Under the pieces are notes generated by a model. It had not been told where the DNA came from, ran no database searches, and saw only the letters and a program-made list of their open reading frames with translations. This document shows positions 48,471 through 58,814 of a stretch of 64,000 nt of DNA, in pieces. The DNA is from Acidimicrobiia bacterium (lineage in GTDB: Bacteria > Actinomycetota > Acidimicrobiia > IMCC26256 > JBMOIJ01): the NCBI GenBank assembly GCA_049317385.1, contig JBMOIJ010000004.1:45591-109590 (forward strand), written 5' to 3'. The stretch's first letter is position 1; every line of letters begins with the position of its first letter. A program made the translations under genes and the position numbers.

Positions 48471-49973
48471 TTACTTGCGCACGTAGAAGGTGATCCCGTC
48501 CACGGTGGTCTCGTAGCGGTACTGCTTGGCCACGACGCGGGCGAATTCGGGGTACTTCGAAATGGGGCTCACCGCGGCTTCACGGGCGCCGTTGGTGGAC
48601 GTGTCCACGATGTAGCGCGGTGGCCGTTCCCGGAGGTCGTCGAGGAACAACGTCCAGGTCTGGGGTGATGGCGGCGGTGCCGACGTGTCGCCGGGAGCGC
48701 GGCTGGCGGCCCACACGTTGTCGAGGAAGTGGGTGTTCAGGATGCGGGTGGCAGGGAGCCGACCCGAAGCCCAGTAGATCTCGGGCATCGCACCCCAGAC
48801 CAACACGCGGTCGTTCGGTCCGGTCTTCGCTTCAATGTACCGAGCGGCGCGCGCGTAGGTGACCGGCTCGTTGAAGGGCTTCGCGACGAACGCGAGCGTG
48901 GTGCAGGTCACGGCAACGGTCGCGCTGAGCGCAATCGCCCCGATGACCACCCGGCGCGACATGTGCGCGAGGGCAGAACCCGCCAACAGGGCGAGCGGGG
49001 GAAGCAGCTGGAGGTAGTAGTGCCCGAAGAACCGCAACCCCACCAGGATCGAGACCAGCGCGGACGCCGCCCACCACCACAAGTCGGCATCGGCGGCCAG
49101 GCGGGTCTTCCATGCCCGCCACAGCGGCACGGTGATGGGCAGGTTGAGCGCGGCGAACGCGGCCGTCATCACCACGAACATTGCGATCGCGTACCAGATG
49201 CTCTGGCCGAGCGACAGGTATGAGCCGTTGCCCAACAGCATCCAATAGACGAAGTCGCTCACGCCGAAGAACGCGGCGGCAATGAGCAACGGAAGCGCGA
49301 ATCCCAGCAAGACGCGCATGATGCTGCGTTCGCCGCGGTTCCGACGCGCGTCGAAGAGCACCGGCAACAGTGTGGCGGCTCCCGTTTGCTTCGTGAGTGT
49401 GGCCACGGCCACGGCGACGCCAGCCGACGCGAACTTGCGCCGCGCCGCCAGCACGACCCCCAACGTCATGGGGAGCAGCATGAACACTTCGAAGTTCGCG
49501 GCCTGCCCGTCTTGCGGCGCGAACGCGACCGACGCCAGTGTGAACAGCGCGCCCGCGATCACTCCGGCACGAGTGGACCACCGGCGCCGCGCTTCGAGCG
49601 CGAGCACGACGGCGGTGAGGCCGACACAGAGCGCGGCGAGCATGCGCACGGGTGCGAGCTCACGTGATCCGGTGAGGGCGAATGTCGTTGCGTACAGGTA
49701 CGGAACGATTGGTGGCTTGCGGTCTGCGGCCTGTTGGTAGAGCTGCCCGCCGTCGAGCACCACGTTCGCCTGGGTGGCGATGAACGTCTCGTCGGAGTTG
49801 AACTCGCTCACGAAGAACGCCGGGATGCGCACTGCGATGGCCACGAGGACGAACGCGACGAGCCACCATCGCATCGACGATCGTTCGACGACGGGGGCAT
49901 CGGCCTCGATGGAGATGGAGTCGACGTCGGTGGCGGCCGACGTGATGCCGGTCGACGTCGTCACGCCCGTCAT
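48471..49973 (-). CDS. GT-C fold glycosyltransferase (ArnT/PMT-like; paralogue type of 8682-10055)
   Basis: Multi-pass membrane protein whose first loop is FNSDETFIATQANVVLDGGQLY...RKPP. The start was taken at ATG 49973. Confidence 0.8.
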   Translation of the reverse strand: MTGVTTSTGITSAATDVDSISIEADAPVVERSSMRWWLVAFVLVAIAVRIPAFFVSEFNSDETFIATQANVVLDGGQLYQQAADRKPPIVPYLYATTFALTGSRELAPVRMLAALCVGLTAVVLALEARRRWSTRAGVIAGALFTLASVAFAPQDGQAANFEVFMLLPMTLGVVLAARRKFASAGVAVAVATLTKQTGAATLLPVLFDARRNRGERSIMRVLLGFALPLLIAAAFFGVSDFVYWMLLGNGSYLSLGQSIWYAIAMFVVMTAAFAALNLPITVPLWRAWKTRLAADADLWWWAASALVSILVGLRFFGHYYLQLLPPLALLAGSALAHMSRRVVIGAIALSATVAVTCTTLAFVAKPFNEPVTYARAARYIEAKTGPNDRVLVWGAMPEIYWASGRLPATRILNTHFLDNVWAASRAPGDTSAPPPSPQTWTLFLDDLRERPPRYIVDTSTNGAREAAVSPISKYPEFARVVAKQYRYETTVDGITFYVRK

Positions 49974-50127
49974 GGTGGTGGTGTCCCCTCGCCCCGCACG
50001 GTCGAGCGACCGCGGTTCCGCCAATTGTTCCCGATGGGGGCCCGGTGATGCCGTCGTCGGTCACGATCGGCACCCGCTGGCCCCATCACCGCCGGGCCGG
50101 GTGGCACACTCGGCGGCCGTGACCCGC

Positions 50128-52371
50128 ATGGCCCGCTTCCTGGTGGCGGCGACGGCGGCCGTCGGAGGACTGGCCGTCGGAGCTGGCCTCGTGGTCCCGC
50201 CGGCCGGCGCAACGCCCTCGGCACGGCCGGCTCGGGTGCTGGTCGTCATGGCGCCCACGCTCACGGCCGCCGACCTGCGCTCGCCGGGCGCATCGAACCT
50301 GCGGCGCTTCTTCGATGCTGCGGCGGTCGCCGCGTGCTCCACCCGAGTGGTCGACCTCACGACCACTGCGGGCGACGGCTACGTCGCCCTGGGTGCCGGG
50401 GCGCGGGCGCGCGCACGCGCGGCAACGGCGGGAACCAACGTCGATGCGAGTGAGTTCGTCGACGGCCCCACGGGGGCGGCGGCGTTCGCGGCGCGCACTG
50501 GTCGCACGCTTCCGGACGACGGGGTCGGGGTGCTGGCGATCGACACGATTCGGCGGCAAAACGACGCGTTGCCCTATGACAGCGAGGTCGGCGCACTCGC
50601 AGGCGCGCTCGAACGGAGTGGCTATTCGAGCGCGGTGGTCGCGAACGCCGACGACACTCGCGACGCGCCGCGTCATCGTGAAGCCGCGCTCGCGTTCATG
50701 AACTCAGGTGGCGTGGCGCGTGGCACCGTGAGTGACGCCCTCTTGCGTGTAGAGCCCGCTGCGCCCTTCGGTCTCACGCTCGATTCGCAAGCCGCGCTCA
50801 CGTCGTTCGACGCGGCGTGGCGTGATCGGGCGGTAGTCGGTGTCGAACTCTCCGACTTGGCGCGTGCAGCACGCGCTCGGCAAGGACAAGCCGACGCGCT
50901 GGCGCGATCCGACGCGCTGTTCGCGTTGCTCATGACTCGTGTCGATCTCAGTCGCGATCTCGTTGTTCTGGTGGGGTCGTACCCGCCTCCGGGTGATCCT
51001 CAGCTCACGGTGGTCGCGCTCCAGGGTCCGGGGGTCACCCCGGGCTGGCTGGTATCGGCCACCACGCGCCGGGCCGGGTACGTGGCGCTCACGGACGTGG
51101 CGCCCACCGTGCTCGACCGCCTCGGGGTGGCGCGGCCGACGGCGATGGAAGGCCGCCCGATGCGCGTCGAGCCCAGCACCGATACGGCCGCGGCTCGCCT
51201 CGACCTGTTGGTGCGTGCGAACGCACAGGCCCAGTTCCGTGATCGCACCATCGGACCGGCCACCGACACGTTGTGGATTCTCACCTTGCTGGTCGCGATC
51301 GCCGCGGCGATCTGGCTGCCGACGCGCAGTGCGCCGCGCCGTGCCGTGGCCGTGGGCGCGCTCACCATCCCGGGTGCGCTGTTGGGCACCTACCTTGCGA
51401 TGCTGTTTCCGGTCGAGCGATGGGGCGCGGTGTCGTACTGGGTGATCGTGGCCGTGGTCGCGCTGGCGTTCACTGGGATCATCGAACTCGCAGCCCAGGG
51501 CGATCCCTGGAAACGCACGCTCATCGCATTCGGGGCGCTCGGCGGGTTCCACCTCATGAATCAATTCATCGGTGGACCACTCGAGATCAACGCGGTGTTC
51601 GGGTACAACGCCACCGTTGGTGTGCGCGTGCAAGGGCTCGGCAACCAGTCGTTCTCGCAACTCGCACCGTGCGCGTTGGTGGTGGCCACCATGGTGTTGG
51701 TGCGGCCGGGTGGACGCGCCGGGCGCGCGTTGGCGTGGGCGGCATTGTTGGTCACGGTGGTGGTGAACGGCGCGCCGTGGTGGGGCGCCGACTTCGGTGG
51801 CGTGCTCGCCGAAGTCATTGCGTTCGGTTGTTTCGCGTGGATGGTGACCGGCCGTCGCATCAAGGTTCGCACGGTCGTGTTCGCTGGGATCGGTGCGGCG
51901 TTGCTCGGCGTGGCGCTCGGACTGCTCGACCTGGCGCGGCCGGCGGGCCAGCGCACGCACATCGGCCGGTTGTTCGAGCGGGTGCACGACGACGGCGTCG
52001 GCGGGTTCGCCACGGTCATCGGCCGCAAGGCCGAACTCATGCTCGCCACGTTCTCCAACCTCGTGTACGTGTCCACCTTGGTGGTCGTCATCGTGGTGTT
52101 GGTGGTGCTGTGGCGCCGCCAGCCGAGTTACGGCCGTGCGCTGGAGGCTGCGTACCCGCCCATGCGCGCGCTGCTCGTGGGGCTCGCGCTGCTCGGGTTC
52201 TTCGGGATGGTGCTCAATGATTCGGGGGCGTCGATTCCGGGAATGATGGCTATGGTGGTGATTGCGGCGATTGCCACGATGGCGCCTCGGGAACTCGACG
52301 GCGATGCCGATCGTTCATCCGAGCGGACGGATGCATCCGAAGAGGGAAACGATGTTCTTCTTCCGCAGTGA
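50128..52371 (+). CDS. large membrane protein: N-terminal secreted domain plus ~10-TM C-terminal half (hypothetical)
   Basis: 747 aa. It has a signal peptide and an ectodomain ending in the alkaline-phosphatase-superfamily-like motif [15 protein letters not shown], followed by many TM helices. It is divergent from the GT-C gene. Confidence 0.75.
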   Translation: MARFLVAATAAVGGLAVGAGLVVPPAGATPSARPARVLVVMAPTLTAADLRSPGASNLRRFFDAAAVAACSTRVVDLTTTAGDGYVALGAGARARARAATAGTNVDASEFVDGPTGAAAFAARTGRTLPDDGVGVLAIDTIRRQNDALPYDSEVGALAGALERSGYSSAVVANADDTRDAPRHREAALAFMNSGGVARGTVSDALLRVEPAAPFGLTLDSQAALTSFDAAWRDRAVVGVELSDLARAARARQGQADALARSDALFALLMTRVDLSRDLVVLVGSYPPPGDPQLTVVALQGPGVTPGWLVSATTRRAGYVALTDVAPTVLDRLGVARPTAMEGRPMRVEPSTDTAAARLDLLVRANAQAQFRDRTIGPATDTLWILTLLVAIAAAIWLPTRSAPRRAVAVGALTIPGALLGTYLAMLFPVERWGAVSYWVIVAVVALAFTGIIELAAQGDPWKRTLIAFGALGGFHLMNQFIGGPLEINAVFGYNATVGVRVQGLGNQSFSQLAPCALVVATMVLVRPGGRAGRALAWAALLVTVVVNGAPWWGADFGGVLAEVIAFGCFAWMVTGRRIKVRTVVFAGIGAALLGVALGLLDLARPAGQRTHIGRLFERVHDDGVGGFATVIGRKAELMLATFSNLVYVSTLVVVIVVLVVLWRRQPSYGRALEAAYPPMRALLVGLALLGFFGMVLNDSGASIPGMMAMVVIAAIATMAPRELDGDADRSSERTDASEEGNDVLLPQ

Positions 52372-53005
52372 CAAGGCGAAGATGGTCGAGCCAGTCGACG
52401 CGCTGCCCGGACGCGCCGAACCAATTCCGGTGCCGGCAGCGCACGCGGTGCTGGGGCATCCGCTCACGCCGCCGTTCCCTGACGGGTTCGAATCCGCCGT
52501 GTTCGGCATGGGGTGCTTCTGGGGGGCGGAGCGCAAGTTCTGGAACGCGCCTGGAGTGTGGACCACGGCCGTGGGGTACTCAAGCGGGTACACCCCGAAC
52601 CCCACCTACCAAGAGGTGTGCAGCGGTCAGACCGGCCACTCGGAAACGGTGCTCGTGGCCTGGGACCCTGCGCTCGCGTCGTACGACGACATGCTGCGCA
52701 TCTTCTGGGAGAGCCACGACCCCACCCAGGGCATGCGCCAGGGGAACGACGCGGGCACGCAGTACCGGTCGGTGATCGAGTACGCGAACGACGAGCAGCG
52801 CTCCGCCGCCGAATCATCGCGCGCCATGTTCCAGGCGAAGCTCGCGGCGGCGGGCTACGGACCCATCACCACCGAGATCGTGCCCCGTGGCGAGTTCTAT
52901 TACGCCGAGGACTACCACCAGCAGTACCTGCACAAGAACCCGAACGGGTACTGCGGCTTGGGCGGCACCGGGGTGAGTTGTCCCATCGGCCTCACCGGCG
53001 CTTGA
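52352..53005 (+). CDS. msrA: peptide-methionine (S)-S-oxide reductase
   Basis: GMGCFWGAE catalytic motif. The N-terminus aligns with E. coli MsrA (..[10 protein letters not shown]..). It overlaps the upstream gene by 20 nt. Confidence 0.93.
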   Translation: MFFFRSDKAKMVEPVDALPGRAEPIPVPAAHAVLGHPLTPPFPDGFESAVFGMGCFWGAERKFWNAPGVWTTAVGYSSGYTPNPTYQEVCSGQTGHSETVLVAWDPALASYDDMLRIFWESHDPTQGMRQGNDAGTQYRSVIEYANDEQRSAAESSRAMFQAKLAAAGYGPITTEIVPRGEFYYAEDYHQQYLHKNPNGYCGLGGTGVSCPIGLTGA

Positions 53006-53008
53006 TCG

Positions 53009-54439
53009 TCACCAGTCGAGCGCCACGTACTTCGTCTCGGTGAACTCGAGGATGCCTTCGTGGCCCCCCTCGCGACCGATACCGCTCTGCTTCGCCCCAC
53101 CGAAGGGCGCCGCCGGGTCGCTGACCACGCCGCGGTTCACGCCGACCATGCCGGTCTCGAACGCCTCGGCGAAGCGCAGCGCACGCGACAGGTCCTGGCT
53201 GTACACGTAGGCGACCAGTCCGCGGGTGGTGTCGTTGGCCATGGCGATGGCGTCGTCGTCGGTGCCGAAGCGCACGATGGGCGCAACGGGTCCGAAGATC
53301 TCGTCGTCAAGGATCGCGGCGTCGGGCGCCACGTCGTCGATCACTACTGCGGGGAAGAAGGAGCCCGGCAGATCGGGGGTGTCGCCGCGGCCCCATTCGC
53401 GTGCGCCACCGGCCAACGCCGAGTCCAAGAGCGCGCCCACCTTCTGCACGGCGGCGTGGTCGATGAGCGGTCCGAGTTCGGTGGTGGGGTCGATGCCCGG
53501 ACCGGTACGTAGCCCCGTCATGCGCGCGGTGAGGCGCGCGGCGAAGTCGTCGGCCACTCGGTCGTGCACGTAGAAGCGGTTGGCGGCGGTACAGGTCTGC
53601 GCGTTGTGGCGCATCTTCGCCAGCATTGCGCCTTCGACCGCGGCGTCGAGGTCGGCGTCGTCGCACACCACGAACGGCGCGTTGCCGCCCAGTTCCATGG
53701 ACGACCTCAGTACGCGATCGGCGGCCAAGGCCAAGAGTTCGCGTCCCACTTCGGTGGAACCGGTGAAGCTGATCTTGCGCACCGCGGGGTGTTCAAGGAC
53801 GGCGCGCGTGAACGGCGCGGGGTCGTCGGTGGGTACCACGTTCACCACGCCGGGCGGCACACCCGCTTCCGACAACAGCTCCGCGAGTCGCAGTGCGGTG
53901 AGCGGCGTCTGTTCCGCGGGCTTGAGCACCACGCTGCACCCCGCAGCGAGCGCCGGAGCCAGCTTGCGCGTGGCCATGGCCGCCGGAAAGTTCCACGGCG
54001 TGATGGCGAGTGCCACGCCGATGGCCTGGTGCAACACCATGATGCGGTTCGCGCCGTTGGGTGCGCGCACGAGCTGACCGTCGAGGCGCACCGCTTCCTC
54101 CGCGAACCAGCGGAAGAACTCCGCGCCATACGCCACTTCGCCACGCGCTTCGGCGATGGGCTTGCCGTTCTCGCGGGTGATGAGTTCCGCGAGTTCGTCG
54201 GTGTGCGTGATCATCAGTTCAAAGGCGCGGCGCAGCACTTCAGAGCGCGTGCGAGGTGGTGCTGCGGCCCACGCAGGCCGGGCGGACGCGGCCGCGTTCA
54301 CGGCTGCCAGCGCGTCGTCGGGTGACGCGTTCTGCACCGTCGCGATCTCATCAGTTGAGGCCGGGTCGTGGACTGCGAACGCCGGGCGACTTCCCGCACG
54401 CCATTCGCCGTCGATGAAGAGCTGGGTCGGTGTTTGCAC
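53009..54439 (-). CDS. NAD(P)-dependent aldehyde dehydrogenase (succinate-semialdehyde dehydrogenase-like)
   Basis: ELGGNAP catalytic Glu and the Cys region NAQTCTAANR; 477 aa from GTG 54439. Confidence 0.92.
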   Translation of the reverse strand: MQTPTQLFIDGEWRAGSRPAFAVHDPASTDEIATVQNASPDDALAAVNAAASARPAWAAAPPRTRSEVLRRAFELMITHTDELAELITRENGKPIAEARGEVAYGAEFFRWFAEEAVRLDGQLVRAPNGANRIMVLHQAIGVALAITPWNFPAAMATRKLAPALAAGCSVVLKPAEQTPLTALRLAELLSEAGVPPGVVNVVPTDDPAPFTRAVLEHPAVRKISFTGSTEVGRELLALAADRVLRSSMELGGNAPFVVCDDADLDAAVEGAMLAKMRHNAQTCTAANRFYVHDRVADDFAARLTARMTGLRTGPGIDPTTELGPLIDHAAVQKVGALLDSALAGGAREWGRGDTPDLPGSFFPAVVIDDVAPDAAILDDEIFGPVAPIVRFGTDDDAIAMANDTTRGLVAYVYSQDLSRALRFAEAFETGMVGVNRGVVSDPAAPFGGAKQSGIGREGGHEGILEFTETKYVALDW

Positions 54440-54464
54440 GCTTCGATGCTCGCGCAGATCAGCC

Positions 54465-56099
54465 CTAGTCGCCGGCGAACGACACGGCGCGCAACAGCTC
54501 GGGTTCGCGACCGGCCAACCGGTGATCGGCCGCGGTGATGCCGAGCCACGCGATGAACACGCCCCACGCCACGGCGAGTGGGAGTGCAACGACTGCGGCG
54601 AGGGGTGACCACAACGCGACCGTCGTCGCAATCATCGACGGCACCCCGAGCAGGATGCCGGCGCCGATTGCTGCGAGGTTCACGATGCCCGAGAGGCAGC
54701 CACGGCCGGCATCCTGGGCCGTCCACGCGTTCGTGGGCTCTTCGGGAAGTGGTGAGGGCACCAGCGCCGCGGCGTAGGCGAATCCGCCGGTGGCGGCGAG
54801 GAAGACGCCGAACGAACCCACGAGTGCGAACGGGACCAACGCAAGCTGGCCCGAGACGGCGCCCACGACCACCGCCACCACCGGGAGGGCCCCGACGGCA
54901 ACAGTTCCTACCGCCGCCACGTGGCCCACGATCACCGTCTTGGGGCGGATGCCCGCGCTGATGTCGGTCCAGAGCGACGCGCCGTCGATGCCGAAGAGGT
55001 TCTGGGTGGCGGAGGCCACGAATGCCGCCGGCAGACTGAGCAACACCACGACGGCAACGCGCGACGGCTGGCTGGTGGCAATGGCGGCCGCGATGATCAT
55101 GCCCGGGAGGCACTGCAACAGCAGGGCGACTCGACGACGCGGGTTGCGTGCGTACTCGCGCAGGACCCGGGATGCCACGGCAGCCCACGGGCGCGTGGGG
55201 AAGAAGTCGATCACGGCGGGTGGGTGCTTCCAGTCGTGGGTGCGCGTCGCAGTTCTGGTCCGGCCGGCCGATTCCGCGGTGGTGAGCGCGCGACTGACGC
55301 CGGCATTCCAGATCCACGCCAGGGCGCCCACGGTTGCCGCGGCCAGGAGTAGGCGTCCCAGCGCGCCGGCGGCCTCGCCGCGCGCTGCGGCCGCCACGGC
55401 GCCCGGGGCGAATCCGAACGGTGTCCAACTCACGACATCCGCGACCGGGCCGAGATGCGCGGCGATCCAATCCCCGTACGCGCGTGGCACCACGTAGATC
55501 GCCACGATCATGAGCAGCGTCACCAACGCGGCAACCTCGCTCACGTGACGCGAGCGCAACAGCAACGACAGTCCTGTGGTCACGGCACGCGCGGCGGTCA
55601 CCGCAACCAGAACGGCGAGAGGAAACGCGACGACCGCGATCATGATCGCGGGAGGCGAACCACCAGTGCTACGGGCCACGGCAACGCCGGTGATCACCAC
55701 ACCCGCGATCGGCCACGGCCCCACCAACGCCGCGGCGATCGATCCGGCGATCACCGACGACGAACGGATGGGAAGCAGCGCGAGTTTCGCTGGAGCGATG
55801 GTGTCGTCGATGCCCGCGCCTGCGATCGGTGCGACCACGCCGAACAGCGCCACCAGAGCAACGGCGAGCACACCCACGTCGGCCGCTGTTCCGTTCGTCG
55901 GACGAAGCGTGAGCAGCGCCTGGACGAACACGAGCGTGACCACCGCGGCGGCAGTGCTCGAGATCACCAGGCCGAGTACCCCGAGTACTCCGGCCCGAGC
56001 CAAGGTGCGGCGCGTGAGTCGGGCCTTCAACCCGGCGAAGATGCGGGCCGCGCGGATCGGCCCCACCCCGGCCGGGCGCCGAGTGGTGGCGAACGTCAT
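54465..56099 (-). CDS. putative ABC exporter permease (544 aa, ~12 TM)
   Basis: Very hydrophobic multi-pass protein with an ATGA overlap to the upstream ATPase gene. Confidence 0.75.
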   Translation of the reverse strand: MTFATTRRPAGVGPIRAARIFAGLKARLTRRTLARAGVLGVLGLVISSTAAAVVTLVFVQALLTLRPTNGTAADVGVLAVALVALFGVVAPIAGAGIDDTIAPAKLALLPIRSSSVIAGSIAAALVGPWPIAGVVITGVAVARSTGGSPPAIMIAVVAFPLAVLVAVTAARAVTTGLSLLLRSRHVSEVAALVTLLMIVAIYVVPRAYGDWIAAHLGPVADVVSWTPFGFAPGAVAAAARGEAAGALGRLLLAAATVGALAWIWNAGVSRALTTAESAGRTRTATRTHDWKHPPAVIDFFPTRPWAAVASRVLREYARNPRRRVALLLQCLPGMIIAAAIATSQPSRVAVVVLLSLPAAFVASATQNLFGIDGASLWTDISAGIRPKTVIVGHVAAVGTVAVGALPVVAVVVGAVSGQLALVPFALVGSFGVFLAATGGFAYAAALVPSPLPEEPTNAWTAQDAGRGCLSGIVNLAAIGAGILLGVPSMIATTVALWSPLAAVVALPLAVAWGVFIAWLGITAADHRLAGREPELLRAVSFAGD

Positions 56100-56872
56100 G
56101 CGTCCTCGTCGGCGCGGTCGAGCCAGTCGAGGGCCGCCGCGTTGTGCTCGGCACCGATCAAGGTGAGGAACCGGTCCTCCAACGGGACGCCGTCCTTCAC
56201 GTCCTCAATGAGCCCGTGCGCAAGCACCTGTCCGTCGGCGACGACGGCCACGTGTTCGACGAGGCGGTCCACGACCTCCATCACGTGGCTCGAGAAGACG
56301 ACGGTGCGCCCACCGGACACGAAGCGTTCGAGCACTTCGCGGAGTGCACGAACGGATACCGGATCCACTGCTTCGAAGGGCTCGTCGAGAAACAGCACGC
56401 TCGGACGATGCAGCAGCGCGCATGCGACCGAGATCTTCTTGCGCATGCCGCGGCTGTAGTCGGCGACGAGGGTGGCCTGGGCGTCCAGCAGGCCGAGCAC
56501 GTCGAGCAGCTCTTCGCTGCGTTCTTGAATCGTCCTCGGCGCCATGCCGCGCAGGACGCCGTGATACGAGAGCAGCTCCGGGCCGGTCAGTCGTTCGAAC
56601 AGGCGTGGCTCGTCGGGTACCACGCCGATGATGGCCTTGGCTGCGGGTGGGTCGGCCCAGAGATCGAGGCCGTTGACGTGCACCGTTCCCGAGTCCGGTC
56701 GCAGCAACCCGGTGCACATGCGCAACGTGGTGGTCTTGCCCGCGCCGTTGGGGCCCACGATTCCGAAGAACGATCCGGCGGGCACTTCGAGGTCGATTCC
56801 GCTCACGGCCACCGTGTCGCCGAACCGTTTGGTGAGCCCATGGAGGGTCACGGCAGCGCCGGCGTCGACCAT
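56096..56872 (-). CDS. ABC transporter ATP-binding protein
   Basis: Walker A GPNGAGKTT, signature-like YSRGMRKK, and Walker B LFLDEP. Confidence 0.92.
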   Translation of the reverse strand: MVDAGAAVTLHGLTKRFGDTVAVSGIDLEVPAGSFFGIVGPNGAGKTTTLRMCTGLLRPDSGTVHVNGLDLWADPPAAKAIIGVVPDEPRLFERLTGPELLSYHGVLRGMAPRTIQERSEELLDVLGLLDAQATLVADYSRGMRKKISVACALLHRPSVLFLDEPFEAVDPVSVRALREVLERFVSGGRTVVFSSHVMEVVDRLVEHVAVVADGQVLAHGLIEDVKDGVPLEDRFLTLIGAEHNAAALDWLDRADEDA

Positions 56873-56990
56873 GAAGGGTCACGGTACTGCGTTGGGAACG
56901 GGCCGCTGACCAGCAACTTCCCCATGCCTGGCCGAGCTTCTACACGGTGCGTTACCTCGATGCAATCCCGAGGGTGAGGAAACGGCAACC

Positions 56991-57051
56991 GCGAAAAACA
57001 GCGAAAAAACCCGAGAAAATCCGTGTTCCGGCAATGCACCAGGCATACGAT
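56991..57051 (+). promoter_or_regulatory. phased A-tracts (UP-element-like) plus candidate -10 upstream of the HU gene
   Basis: gcgaaaaaca|gcgaaaaaac|ccgagaaaat gives A-tracts at an exact 10-bp period (56991-57020). TACGAT (TANNNT) lies at 57046-57051, 44 nt upstream of the GTG start. Confidence 0.4.
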
Positions 57052-57094
57052 GCCGCCTCGTTCCAAAGAACAAACACCTGTGTTGGAGGACCAC

Positions 57095-57589
57095 GTGACG
57101 GTTACCCGAAGCCAGCTGGTGCGCGAAATCGCCGAGCGCGCCGACATCGACCGCAAGGCAGCAGACGAAGCCCTGCGTCATTTCGAGCAGGTCGTGAAGG
57201 AGAACGTGAACAAGGGTGAGAACGTGGTTCTCTCCGGGTTCCTGAAGTTCTCGCGGCGTGCCACCCCGGCCCGTCCGGCTCGCAAGGGCGTCAACCCGTT
57301 CACGGGCGAGATGACGACCTTCAAGGCGAAGCCCGCTTCGAAGGCTCCGCGTGTCACCGCGTTGAAGGCGTTCAAGGACACCATCTCGTCGGGCAAGGTG
57401 CCGAAGCTCGCCGCCAAGCCGGCTGCGAAGAAGACCGCTAAGAAGGCGGCGGCCAAGAAGACGGCGAAGAAGGCCACCGCCAAGCGTGCGGCCAAGAAGA
57501 CCACCGCCAAGCGCGCGCCGGCTCGCAAGGTTGCGGCCAAGCGTCCCGCCGCCAAGAAGACGGCGAAGAAGGCCACGCGTCGTCGTTGA
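57095..57589 (+). CDS. hupB: HU/histone-like DNA-binding protein with Lys/Ala-rich C-terminal tail
   Basis: HU fold (VVLSGFLKFSRRATPARPARKGVNPFTGE) followed by AAKKTAKKA repeats. There is a GGAGGA RBS before GTG 57095. Confidence 0.9.
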   Translation: MTVTRSQLVREIAERADIDRKAADEALRHFEQVVKENVNKGENVVLSGFLKFSRRATPARPARKGVNPFTGEMTTFKAKPASKAPRVTALKAFKDTISSGKVPKLAAKPAAKKTAKKAAAKKTAKKATAKRAAKKTTAKRAPARKVAAKRPAAKKTAKKATRRR

Positions 57590-57617
57590 GTCTTCACGTC
57601 TGCTGAAGTTGGTGTTC

Positions 57618-57641
57618 GGGCCCCTGCACGTGCAGGGGCCC
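57618..57641 (+). terminator. intrinsic-terminator-like hairpin after the HU gene
   Basis: gggcccctgcac/gtgcaggggccc is a 24-nt perfect palindrome, followed by gttcggttt. Confidence 0.7.
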
Positions 57642-57667
57642 GTTCGGTTTCCGGGAGTGAGTTGGCC

Positions 57668-58630
57668 ATGTCGACATCGGTGTTCGTGACCCGCGAACTG
57701 GCGGCCCCCGGCGTGGCGCCCCTGTTCGAGGCCGGTTGTGCGGTCCGCCAACATCCGTCGGCCGACGTGGCCCCGACCCGTGCCGAGTTGTTGGCCGGCG
57801 CCGCCGGGTGCGACGCGTTGATCACGTTGCTCACTGACCGCATCGACGCCGAGGTGATGGACAGCGCGCCCCACCTGCGGATCGTGGCGAACTACGCCGT
57901 GGGCTACGACAACGTCGACCTCGACGCGGCTCGTGAGCGCAACATCGTCGTCACGAACACGCCCGACGTGCTCACCGACGCCACTGCCGACATGACGTGG
58001 GCGCTGTTGCTGGCCGCAGCCCGTCACGTGGGCGCGGGTGAACGAATGGTCCGTACCGGCGCGTGGGCGGGATGGAGCCCCACGCAATTGCTCGGACCAG
58101 GGTTGCCCGGCAAGACGTTGGGCATCTTCGGCATGGGCAAGATCGGCGCAGCGGTGGCGCGACGCGCACGGGGCTTCGACATGCGCGTCGTGTACACGAA
58201 CCGCAGCGCGAATTCGGAACTCGAGTCGGCGCTCGGCGCGCAACAGGTGTCGTTCGACGACCTGTTGACCCAGTCGGACTTCATTGCGATCAACGCGCCG
58301 TTGAACGCGCAGTCGCGCCATCGGTTCGATGCGGCGGCGTTCGCTCGCATGAAACCAACGGCGGTGTTGGTGAACGCCGGCCGTGGCCCCATTGTCGACG
58401 AGGCGGCGTTGGCCGTGGCGTTGCAGACGGGCCAGATCGCGGCGGCCGGGCTCGACGTCTACGAGCGCGAACCGGCCATCGAGGCCGGGCTCTTCGAGTG
58501 CGAGAATGCCGTGTTGGTGCCGCACCTGGGATCGGCCACGGTGGAAGCGCGGGCCGGGATGGCGGAACTCTGTTGCCAAAATGTGTTGGCGGTCGTAGGG
58601 GGATTGGCGCCGCTCACGCCGGTCAGCTGA
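57668..58630 (+). CDS. D-isomer-specific 2-hydroxyacid dehydrogenase (glyoxylate/hydroxypyruvate reductase-like)
   Basis: GIFGMGKIGAAVARRA NAD motif, VNAGRGPIVDE, and PHLGSAT. Confidence 0.9.
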   Translation: MSTSVFVTRELAAPGVAPLFEAGCAVRQHPSADVAPTRAELLAGAAGCDALITLLTDRIDAEVMDSAPHLRIVANYAVGYDNVDLDAARERNIVVTNTPDVLTDATADMTWALLLAAARHVGAGERMVRTGAWAGWSPTQLLGPGLPGKTLGIFGMGKIGAAVARRARGFDMRVVYTNRSANSELESALGAQQVSFDDLLTQSDFIAINAPLNAQSRHRFDAAAFARMKPTAVLVNAGRGPIVDEAALAVALQTGQIAAAGLDVYEREPAIEAGLFECENAVLVPHLGSATVEARAGMAELCCQNVLAVVGGLAPLTPVS

Positions 58631-58814
58631 GCGAGCGCAGTGGGGCGTGGACCGCCCTGACCAGCCCCGACGAAAAATCTTGGCGATTGGGGCCGCCGGG
58701 ATGCTTGCCAGCGCAAGCACTGCGCTAGGATTCATTACCAGAAAGTAACTTCAGGCGTGCGATTTGGCGTCCGAGGGAAGAGTCCCCCATATCGTGCAAA
58801 TCAAGGAGAGCGCT

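Noticed and set aside
57400-57585. Short periodic DNA repeats that could be mistaken for a tandem-repeat or CRISPR-like array
   Set aside because: They are in-frame codons for the AKKA-rich tail of HU, with no spacer and repeat architecture.
56879-58735. 618-aa minus-strand ORF, and similarly 59866-61233 (455 aa)
   Set aside because: They are antisense to the HU and 2-hydroxyacid dehydrogenase genes, and to the ACAD and helicase genes respectively. No motifs are present and composition is biased.
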